From IMG/VR virus record IMGVR_UViG_3300037067_010289, positions 1 to 64,000 of that record: 64,000 nucleotides of DNA. One strand, written 5' to 3'. Below, piece by piece: positions 7,587 through 15,794 of the stretch (positions within the stretch are counted from its first letter, which is position 1; each line of letters begins with the position of its first letter). Position numbers and translations under genes: made by a program. This stretch comes from a virus. Its lineage: Duplodnaviria; Caudoviricetes. The notes beneath the pieces were generated by a model. It saw nothing but the letters and a program-made list of their open reading frames with translations, was not told the origin of the DNA and did not search any database.

Positions 7587-10447
7587 CCAATCTTGCAACG
7601 TGGATTCCCGAGAAAGAACAAGAGTACGGTTCTATTGACCGGATTCCGGACGATCAGTGGTACTGGTATTGTTCCCACGAAGAGGTTCGGCGGCAGATCG
7701 CCGACCGGGCTAATCTTGGGCTTGAGCGGCTGCTAGCTGCACCTGTGGTTAGTGAAACTCGTCGGCGGGCGCAGCGAGATTTATTCTTTTTGAACCGGTA
7801 CTTTTTGTGGGATACGAATCCCGAAGGTGCTGGAAAGCCGCTGTCGTTTAACAAAATTACGGAAGCCACACACCGGCCACTGTGCGATTTGTTTATTAAA
7901 AAAGACCCGGCTAAAACAATAGCCGAGCAAGACCTTATATGTAAACGTCGCCTTGTTCTATACCCCAGAGGTGCAATGAAGTCTACTTGCGACGTAGGCG
8001 ATGCTGTACAGTGGATTCTATGTTTTCCAGAAATTCGTATTTTGTTTTTAACAGCGACTGTCCCTTTGGCTGTTGGCTTTGTCGATGATTTAAAAGGTCA
8101 CTTTGTTGTTCGAACCCACACGCCAAGCATGATGAATCTATACTTTCCTGAGTACTGTGTTCAGGAAAAAGATTTAGGTGGGGCTGGAGAATTCACCTGT
8201 CCTGTGTGGACAGCTAAACAGATCAAGCGTAAAGAACCAACAGTAATGGCACTTTCTATTGGCTCTACTATGTCTGGCTGGCACTTTGAAGTTTTGAAAT
8301 GTTTAGCCCCTTCGAGTTGGGTGTATACAAAACAAGGTTGTTCCCAAGTGAAGGAATTAAAAATTGGTACCGAGGTGTTGACGCATCTTGGCAGGTATCG
8401 ACGAGTTGTGGGGTTGGCTGAACAACAAGCAGAAAAAGTAAAAGTCCTATTGAGAAAGTCACATGGATTTCCTGTTGAGTGCTCCGTGGATCATCCTTTT
8501 CTTACGGATACTGGTTGGAGATTAGCAAAAGACTTGCAGCCAGGGGATAGGGTTGTGAGGCCGGTTGTTAAAGAAATAGTTGATCCCCCTATTCCTTTAG
8601 ACGAAGACTTGTGGAATGCGGTTGGCTGGTGGCTTGCCGAAGGGTCAGTTAATCACGGAGGACTGATTTTTAGCCACCACATTGATGAACGATCAATAGC
8701 AGAAACTATTGGAAAAACATTTGTTCGTCACGGAGCGCTTAAATATAGAATTACACCTACTCCGCACAAATCAGTTACTCTTTTCGTCCAGCGTCTTCCC
8801 AAAGATTTGCTTAGTGTTTTTAAGAGCATGTATGTTGGCCCTTATCGGAAACAAATTCCATCTTGGGCGCTTACCGCGCCTAGTAATTTCCTTATGGCGC
8901 TATGCCGAGGATTGTGGGACGGAGACGGTGATGTTCGAGGAAGTCTAACAACAGTCTCAAAAGAATTAGCAGCGACAGCACTCCTTGCAAAGCAACAGTT
9001 GGGATTAGGCTTTTCGTGTTCTGTTGTTAAGAACGGTTCGGAAAATAGGATTATGCGTCTTTGGGGATTGTTAACGCACAAGAAATATTTTTCCGAATAC
9101 TCTATAGTCGACTCTGTAAGGCCTATGGGAACGGGAACTGTGGTGGCTATTAAAGTTGAGCAAGATGCGACTATTTGTGTACCCGGTGCGGTAACCCACA
9201 ATTGTGATGACATAGTTTCGACGGATAATTCTGAATCAGTTGAACAGTGTCGAAAGGTTATTAAGCACTTCAACATTAACAAAAAAATGTTGATGCCCTA
9301 TGGATACCTTGATCTTATTGGGACAAGGTATTCAGACGACGAGTTGTACGGCGATTATTTAGAAAAGAATATAGGCGAGTCCATAGTTGTCAATGGACTA
9401 AATAATCTCGATCCTCGTCCGTGGGTCTTAACTACCAATGTTGAGACTGGCGATAAGTTTTTAATCGGCAAAGGCTGGCAACCGAAACCAGAATTCGAAG
9501 CTAAAATTGTAGCTGGTCAACTTACTGAAAATGATCTGAAAAAAGAAGATTGGTACATCTTGTTTCCTGAGAATCTTCCTTATGAGAAACTCAGGTACAT
9601 GCAAAAAGAAGATGAACTTTCTTTCGAAGGTCAGATTAATCAAAACCCGCGACCGCGTAGCACAGTGGTTTTTGATGAAGCTTTGCTAAAGCGGCACACT
9701 GTCCATTTTAAAGAATTACCGGTTAACGGACCAGTAGTCATTACGTGGGATTTTGCGTTTAGCAAGAAAAAGGGTCGTGACTACAGCACTGCGGCTGTAG
9801 GCATGTACAACAGCAAATCCCAACTGTTCATTATTGATCTGATTCGTAATCGCTTTACGCATACGACCTTGGCTAAGGCTGTCGTAGATTTGATCGCTAA
9901 GTGGCATCCTACGATTGCGGCGATAGAAGACACGTCCGGTTCGCGGTTTCTTGAGCCTACGATTCTGCTAGAAGCACAAAAGACAGGTAAGGATTGGGTA
10001 GCAGCAGCCGCTCAGCGCATTGAATGGTTTCCGCCTGACTCGCAAAAAGACGCCAAGAAAACACGTATGGCATCGATGCATCCTTGGCTGGTTGGTGACC
10101 GATTATTTTTCGCGGCGCATCTTCCTCACTTAGATGTGCTGTATTCTGAGTTTGAACGGTGCCTCACCAGTCATCACCACGACGATATTCCTGACGTGAT
10201 TTCGCAGCAGTTACGGTTTGTTCCACGGCTTCAGGTGATGATGGCCAAGAAAGAAATAACTACGTGGTCGCGTGATGACGCCGCTTGGAACCTTGTATTC
10301 GAAGAAAACTGCGATGCGTTTGGACGGCCAGGGATGGGCTGGACCCAGCCCTCTATTATAACGCCGGTGGAAGTGGACGAAGGTATCAAACCTGAATCGC
10401 AATCGACGGATTTAACACCCATGCTCGGCGCAGGACTGTGTGGATGA
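7553..10447 (+). CDS. terL: terminase large subunit (intein-containing)
   Basis: Walker A PRGAMKST; Walker B HFEVLK|CDD split by the intein; nuclease motifs WDFA, DYST, HDDIPD. Confidence 0.9.
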   Translation: MVFTARIPDRLTNLATWIPEKEQEYGSIDRIPDDQWYWYCSHEEVRRQIADRANLGLERLLAAPVVSETRRRAQRDLFFLNRYFLWDTNPEGAGKPLSFNKITEATHRPLCDLFIKKDPAKTIAEQDLICKRRLVLYPRGAMKSTCDVGDAVQWILCFPEIRILFLTATVPLAVGFVDDLKGHFVVRTHTPSMMNLYFPEYCVQEKDLGGAGEFTCPVWTAKQIKRKEPTVMALSIGSTMSGWHFEVLKCLAPSSWVYTKQGCSQVKELKIGTEVLTHLGRYRRVVGLAEQQAEKVKVLLRKSHGFPVECSVDHPFLTDTGWRLAKDLQPGDRVVRPVVKEIVDPPIPLDEDLWNAVGWWLAEGSVNHGGLIFSHHIDERSIAETIGKTFVRHGALKYRITPTPHKSVTLFVQRLPKDLLSVFKSMYVGPYRKQIPSWALTAPSNFLMALCRGLWDGDGDVRGSLTTVSKELAATALLAKQQLGLGFSCSVVKNGSENRIMRLWGLLTHKKYFSEYSIVDSVRPMGTGTVVAIKVEQDATICVPGAVTHNCDDIVSTDNSESVEQCRKVIKHFNINKKMLMPYGYLDLIGTRYSDDELYGDYLEKNIGESIVVNGLNNLDPRPWVLTTNVETGDKFLIGKGWQPKPEFEAKIVAGQLTENDLKKEDWYILFPENLPYEKLRYMQKEDELSFEGQINQNPRPRSTVVFDEALLKRHTVHFKELPVNGPVVITWDFAFSKKKGRDYSTAAVGMYNSKSQLFIIDLIRNRFTHTTLAKAVVDLIAKWHPTIAAIEDTSGSRFLEPTILLEAQKTGKDWVAAAAQRIEWFPPDSQKDAKKTRMASMHPWLVGDRLFFAAHLPHLDVLYSEFERCLTSHHHDDIPDVISQQLRFVPRLQVMMAKKEITTWSRDDAAWNLVFEENCDAFGRPGMGWTQPSIITPVEVDEGIKPESQSTDLTPMLGAGLCG
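8300..9202 (+). mobile_element. intein (301 aa) with LAGLIDADG endonuclease in TerL
   Basis: Starts CLAPSS, block B DHPF, motifs GWWLAEG and GLWDGDG, ends VTHN followed by +1 Cys. Confidence 0.9.
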
Positions 10448-10953
10448 CTAAGGCGTCAAAAGCTACACGTAAATGGCGTTTAGACTGGAAAAAACGCGAT
10501 CCCGATGGCTTCCGGCAATATCGTAAAGATGAGTGTAGGAAGCACTATATTCGCCACAAAAGAAAAATGAATGCCTATAGTATTGCGTGGCACAAAAAGA
10601 ATAGAACTAGGGTGAATCGTACTAGAAAAATTCGTAGGCAAGTAAGAGGCCCTGAATACAGGGCGTCAGAACACCTGAAAGTTAAGTTTGGCATTACGTA
10701 TACTCAAAAAATGCAACTTTTAGCTGAACAGGGTGGTTGTTGTTTAATATGCGGGTGCACTAATCCTGGTCTTGCGCGTGGTGGAAAACTTCCAAATTGG
10801 GTTGTAGACCACGATCACCGATACGAAAAGTTAACTGGTGGTATTAAAATTAGAGGAATTTTGTGCATGACTTGCAATACATTGCTTGGAATGGCAAGGG
10901 ACAGTCAAGCAGTTCTTGCAGCCGCAATAGAGTACTTGCAAAAAAACAAGTAG
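10444..10953 (+). CDS. endonuclease VII-like homing endonuclease
   Basis: CLIC...VDHDH...RGILCMTCN motif; lies between terL and portal. Confidence 0.85.
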   Translation: MTKASKATRKWRLDWKKRDPDGFRQYRKDECRKHYIRHKRKMNAYSIAWHKKNRTRVNRTRKIRRQVRGPEYRASEHLKVKFGITYTQKMQLLAEQGGCCLICGCTNPGLARGGKLPNWVVDHDHRYEKLTGGIKIRGILCMTCNTLLGMARDSQAVLAAAIEYLQKNK

Positions 10954-10960
10954 GGTAATT

Positions 10961-13900
10961 ATGGCGCTTTTACCAGAACCTCCGAGCAATGTGCACATGC
11001 CTGTTGAGCCGAAAGAGGCTAAGCATGTACTGGCTACAGGTACGTGGACTGACGAAGCCGCCCTAAAAATCGTTCTACAAGACACTAATCGTGCTGAGAA
11101 CTTTGAGTCGACTAAGAGCTGGGTCATGGGTTGGGTTCAGGCGTCGACGCTATACCAGAGTCCTTGGACCTCAAGATTTTGGGAAGGCACGCAAAGCGAA
11201 CGCGCCAATGTTCCTCTTTTCACGGTAGCCACCCACGTTAACTCGTTGACGCCTCAAATCATGAAGGGGCTCTTTTATGACGAACCTCCTTTCATGATTC
11301 AGAATCGTCCAGGCACCAAGATATCAGCGGCGCGAGCAGCAGGTGCGATACTTGATTATCAACTTGAAGACGCGGACTTCCGCGAAAATTTACGCTTAGG
11401 CGTGATGAACGCCCTTCTATTTGGTACTACGATTTGGAAGTGGGGCTGGCAGGAGTACACGCGAGAGCGCGTGACGTATCGTCGTAAAACTAGCGGGTTG
11501 AAAATTCCCGATGGCATCACGGGTGAAGAAACTGTCATTGAGAACAATGATGACGACAATATTGAAGAAGAGGTTGTTGAAGAAGAAATTAGCCGCCCAT
11601 TCTTCGATCATATCGTAAACTTGCGGCACGTACTGGTTGATCCAGGGTTAAGTGTTCCGGACATTACCAAAGCTCGCTATGTCGTTCATCGTATGTACAT
11701 GACGTTCGATGAACTGGATAAGCTGCGCGAGCGTCCTGGTATAAAGTTGCCTTCGAAGGAAGAATTATTGATGCTATTCTTTCCTCCTACGGAGGAAGCA
11801 AAACCTGCGATTGCGGAAATCTCGATCCGTAATCCCCTCTGGGATGCACGTGCAGAACCTCGGTATGAAAACACCAGTGATGATCCGTTCGCAAAACCGT
11901 TAGAAGTGCTGGAACGTTGGGATGCTGAACGAGTTATCATGGTGCTCCAGCAAAAGCTGGTTATCCTTAACGAAAAAAACCCTTACGGAAAAATTCCGTT
12001 TTTCTCGGTTGGCTGGTGGGATGTTCCGGAAGCGTTTTGGGGAATGGGCCTTGGGAAGGCACAGCCGCTAGACGCTAAAATTCTTACTCCTTTGGGCTGG
12101 AAACAAATGGGGGATATTAAACCCGATGATTTAGTTATGGGCTCTGATGGAAAACCTCATAAGGTTTTGGAAGTTTTCCCCCAAGGAGAAAAAGAGGTTT
12201 TTAAGGTAACCTTTAGCGATGGGGCGACTACAGAATGCTGTAAAGAACATCTTTGGCAGATTGAAAGCGCATTGAGCAAACGTCCTTTGCGCCGAGGTTG
12301 GAAAACCAAGGTATTTCAACTTCAAGATTTTAAAGATGCATTGAAAACAAAAACAGGGGCTAACAAGTATTTTATTCCTATTACAGAGCCTATTGCGTTT
12401 TCAAAACAAGAACTACCGATCCATCCTTACTTATTGGGAATTCTCATTGGAGATGGAAATCTAACTACCGATACGCCACGATTTTCTAGTGCTGATGCTG
12501 AAATTGTTGAAGCAGTTCAAAAATTACTTCCCAAAGGAATGCAAATTGTAGGTGTTCCTAACCGGCGTTATGATTATAAAATAACATCAGTAGATCATAG
12601 GTGTAATACGGTTTTAAGAATTGTCAAAGAGTTGGGGCTTAACTGCAAAGCAGAGCACAAGTTTATTCCCGATATTTATAAGTTTTCTTCTATCGAACAA
12701 CGTAAAGAAATTTTGGCTGGATTGCTTGATAGCGACGGTACCGCTGGAAAAAATGGAGCCGCAAGCTTTTCTAGTTCGTCGGAACAGTTGTGCGATGACG
12801 TTCAATTTTTAGTTGAATCGTTAGGCGGAATAGCAAAAAAGTTTATTAAGCCTATCCCTGCACGAGGTAATTTTCCAGCTTATAGCCTTTCTATAGGCTT
12901 GGTATTTAATCCATTCAAACTTACTAGAAAAATAGAGCGATACAAACCACGAACAAAGTATATGCCTTCTCGTGGTTTTAGTGCTGTTGAAGCAGTGGGA
13001 ACTAAACCGTGCCAGTGTATTCTGGTTGATACACCGGACCATCTTTATTTAACAGATCACTGCATTGTTACACACAATACCGTAGGTTCTGACCAGCGGT
13101 TACAGCAGGGCGTGACTAATACGTGGCTTGACCAGCTAGCGCTGAATCTTAATGGCGTGTACACGCGAGTGCGCGGTAAGAGCGTTCCTACGCAGAGTAT
13201 CCGCGTATCCCCAGGCAAGATCATCGATGTGGACTCTAAGGATGACTTGAATCCTCTGCAAAGGTCGAATCCGGTTCCGGAAGCGTTACAAGCCTTGGAG
13301 CTTTCTGAGCGTCGAGCAGAGTCGGTATCGGGTGCTAACGAGTTTTCGACCCAAGGTGTTGCAGGAGCCAGCGGCCACTCGAATTTGGCGCGTACTGCGT
13401 CAGGCGCGAATTTACTAGCCGCAGGGTCTGGATCGCGTATCGAAGATTTTGTAGATAAGCTTGCGAATCAAGTTATTCTGCCTTTCTTGTATGAGGCGCA
13501 TGACCTGAACTGCAAGTTGCTCTCGCTGTCGTCGGTGAAGCATATTCTTAGTGATGAGTTGGAGCACGAATTTATCACCGAGAAACAGGGCGACATACTA
13601 GACATTGTTAACAGTCGTGTTAAGTTTTCAATCTTGGCTGGGGCTAAGCTGTCTTCTCGCCGCACCATGACGCAGGGCTTGCCGATGCTGATCCAGTTTT
13701 TGCAGGCTCAGCCTATTGTTTCGGCGCTTGCTATCGAGAAAAAGAAAGTTAGCGTTGAAGAACTGATTCGCATGTTCTTCGAGATTGCGGATTGGAAGAA
13801 TTACAACGACGTGATCGTGGAGATGACGCCGGAAGACGAACAGCGCTGGAAGGCTTCGCAGCCTGGGGCAGCAGTTCAGCAGCAACTCGCCGCTAAGGCG

Positions 13901-14059
13901 CAATTGCAACAGCAATCGTTTGAACAAAAACAGCAGCTGACTGACCAAGAGAATATTGCCCGAGCTGCACGCGAAGTTCTGCGGCAGGGTTTTGAAAAAG
14001 CCTCGGAGCCCTTGATGGTGGGCGGTGAGCCTGGAGGAAAAGCACTTGGGTCTGAATAG
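10961..14059 (+). CDS. portal protein (intein-containing; ~692 aa after splicing)
   Basis: Follows terL; NPYGKIPF, ARTASG and Gln-rich C-terminus typical of podovirus portals. Confidence 0.85.
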   Translation: MALLPEPPSNVHMPVEPKEAKHVLATGTWTDEAALKIVLQDTNRAENFESTKSWVMGWVQASTLYQSPWTSRFWEGTQSERANVPLFTVATHVNSLTPQIMKGLFYDEPPFMIQNRPGTKISAARAAGAILDYQLEDADFRENLRLGVMNALLFGTTIWKWGWQEYTRERVTYRRKTSGLKIPDGITGEETVIENNDDDNIEEEVVEEEISRPFFDHIVNLRHVLVDPGLSVPDITKARYVVHRMYMTFDELDKLRERPGIKLPSKEELLMLFFPPTEEAKPAIAEISIRNPLWDARAEPRYENTSDDPFAKPLEVLERWDAERVIMVLQQKLVILNEKNPYGKIPFFSVGWWDVPEAFWGMGLGKAQPLDAKILTPLGWKQMGDIKPDDLVMGSDGKPHKVLEVFPQGEKEVFKVTFSDGATTECCKEHLWQIESALSKRPLRRGWKTKVFQLQDFKDALKTKTGANKYFIPITEPIAFSKQELPIHPYLLGILIGDGNLTTDTPRFSSADAEIVEAVQKLLPKGMQIVGVPNRRYDYKITSVDHRCNTVLRIVKELGLNCKAEHKFIPDIYKFSSIEQRKEILAGLLDSDGTAGKNGAASFSSSSEQLCDDVQFLVESLGGIAKKFIKPIPARGNFPAYSLSIGLVFNPFKLTRKIERYKPRTKYMPSRGFSAVEAVGTKPCQCILVDTPDHLYLTDHCIVTHNTVGSDQRLQQGVTNTWLDQLALNLNGVYTRVRGKSVPTQSIRVSPGKIIDVDSKDDLNPLQRSNPVPEALQALELSERRAESVSGANEFSTQGVAGASGHSNLARTASGANLLAAGSGSRIEDFVDKLANQVILPFLYEAHDLNCKLLSLSSVKHILSDELEHEFITEKQGDILDIVNSRVKFSILAGAKLSSRRTMTQGLPMLIQFLQAQPIVSALAIEKKKVSVEELIRMFFEIADWKNYNDVIVEMTPEDEQRWKASQPGAAVQQQLAAKAQLQQQSFEQKQQLTDQENIARAAREVLRQGFEKASEPLMVGGEPGGKALGSE
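12059..13078 (+). mobile_element. Ala-start class 3 intein (340 aa) with LAGLIDADG endonuclease in portal
   Basis: GK|AQPLDAKILTP...EHLW...LGILIGDG...LAGLLDSDG...CQCILV...VTHN|T. Confidence 0.85.
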
Positions 14060-14210
14060 TTTTGTATATAGCTGTGCGAAGTGTAAAGGACCGGTTACAA
14101 AGCCACCTGTGCAAGAAGCGCACAGTCTTGGTAAGTGGGGCTGTGCTGCATGTGGCTCCAACGTAAAGGTTGTCAGGAAATTTAGGAAGGACAACGATGG
14201 CACAAAATAA
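14046..14210 (+). CDS. small zinc-ribbon protein
   Basis: GGAGGA RBS, TTG start, CAKC and CAAC pairs. Confidence 0.5.
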   Translation: MGLNSFVYSCAKCKGPVTKPPVQEAHSLGKWGCAACGSNVKVVRKFRKDNDGTK

Positions 14211-14565
14211 ACTAGACGTGGGCAAGTTGGAACGTCTGCTTAATCGGAATCTCACAGAGGAAGAATCTTATGACGTTGCCCTGTGGGAAAAGGGTCGAGC
14301 ACTAGCCCATCAGGTTATACTTCCTGGTTGGGATGTAATCTTGGAGATGCTTCGCTCCTACGCCGAGGATTCCAAGGATAAGCTTTCGCACATCGATCCT
14401 TCTAAAAAAGATGAAATTCTGGCCGAACATTCCGTTTGTTTTGCGGCCCAAAAAATTTATTCGAATTTTGTTGAAGATGTACAACGGGCGGTTAATCAGC
14501 CGCCTCCTTCGGTAATTCGTGAACAACTTCAGGTTGCGACTAACGCGCCGCCTGAAGGACTTTAA
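14197..14565 (+). CDS. hypothetical head-module protein
   Basis: AAGGA RBS; between portal and scaffold. Confidence 0.6.
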   Translation: MAQNKLDVGKLERLLNRNLTEEESYDVALWEKGRALAHQVILPGWDVILEMLRSYAEDSKDKLSHIDPSKKDEILAEHSVCFAAQKIYSNFVEDVQRAVNQPPPSVIREQLQVATNAPPEGL

Positions 14566-14613
14566 ACATAAAATCCCATTGACCATTTGGATTAATGGTA
14601 AGAGGAGAACAGC

Positions 14614-15759
14614 ATGGCACGTATCGAAACAGACCCTTGGTTAGATACAGAATTTGCACCTTTGCAAAATGCAAATCCTGGCGAAGAAATCGCTGACGAG
14701 AAGTTCGTAGAAAGCGCAGCGACACCCGAAGAACTTGAAGCAATTAGGGCAGCAGAAACTGCGAACACTCCAGCAGGTAGTCCGGTTCCGGACGATACAC
14801 CTCCCGAACCACCGGTTGAGCCGACGGTAGAAACTATTGAATATGAAGATGGCTCGTCGGTAACTATTGAGCCCACTGAAACCGGACTTAAGGCAACTTT
14901 GAATCTTGGCGTCGGTGGTGGCAACGAAGTTTTTTACGGTAAAAATGAAAGTGAACTTTTACGCCAAGTGCTCCCCGCCAAGTTGAATGCAACGAAAAAG
15001 ATTAGGGAGCAGACGAAAAAGCTGAAGTTAGGCGTTGCTGCTGCGGAACCCGCGTCACCGCCGCCAGCAACACCGCACGTGCGAACGCTCACAGCGGACG
15101 AAGTTTTTGAGATCAAGAATACACTGACTGCTGATCCTGACAAAGCTTTTGATCTGTGGTTCCAAAAGAAAACCGGACTTTCTGTCGAGCAGCTTGTACG
15201 TTTGGCGCAGGAAGGCAGTGAGCGTGGACGTGAAGCGGTGGAGATGATCTCCATCGACACCGAGATAAGAATTTTTAAAGAGCTTAGGCCAGCATATCTG
15301 CCCATCGATGAGAACTACGCGCTTATGCTCGGCTGGCTTGCTAAACACAAATTGGGCCGTGAACTGAACGCTACGAATGGCGAAGAGATCATGGATCAGT
15401 TGGTTAGCAAGAAAATGTTTAACCGCACATCTTTAGTTGAAGCCTTCGATGATCTGGCATCTGACGGATTGTTGGAACTGGTTCAAGAACCGAAGGCACC
15501 TATCAACCCGGCACCAGTCAAGCCAGTGGCACCGGCTAAACCAGTTGCGCCCGCACCTGTTCAGGGGATTCCTGGGAAGAGGGTGGGAACGAGAGCGGCA
15601 GGCGCGTTTGGAATCAGCAACCGAGAAACTTCGGGCACTCCGGTTTCGAACAACCCAGCGCCCTCAGACGATGAGTTGGAAAGCATGTCTAACGAAGATG
15701 TCGAGAAGCTTATGTCCGGCGTCATCCGACTACGTGCTCAGCAATCCACTCGGCGCTAA
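14614..15759 (+). CDS. putative capsid scaffolding protein
   Basis: Acidic and Pro-rich, immediately upstream of the capsid gene; C-terminal LESMSNEDVEK helix. Confidence 0.65.
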   Translation: MARIETDPWLDTEFAPLQNANPGEEIADEKFVESAATPEELEAIRAAETANTPAGSPVPDDTPPEPPVEPTVETIEYEDGSSVTIEPTETGLKATLNLGVGGGNEVFYGKNESELLRQVLPAKLNATKKIREQTKKLKLGVAAAEPASPPPATPHVRTLTADEVFEIKNTLTADPDKAFDLWFQKKTGLSVEQLVRLAQEGSERGREAVEMISIDTEIRIFKELRPAYLPIDENYALMLGWLAKHKLGRELNATNGEEIMDQLVSKKMFNRTSLVEAFDDLASDGLLELVQEPKAPINPAPVKPVAPAKPVAPAPVQGIPGKRVGTRAAGAFGISNRETSGTPVSNNPAPSDDELESMSNEDVEKLMSGVIRLRAQQSTRR

Positions 15760-15794
15760 TCATCTAACTGTCGTTTAACGACACAAGAGGCTCT

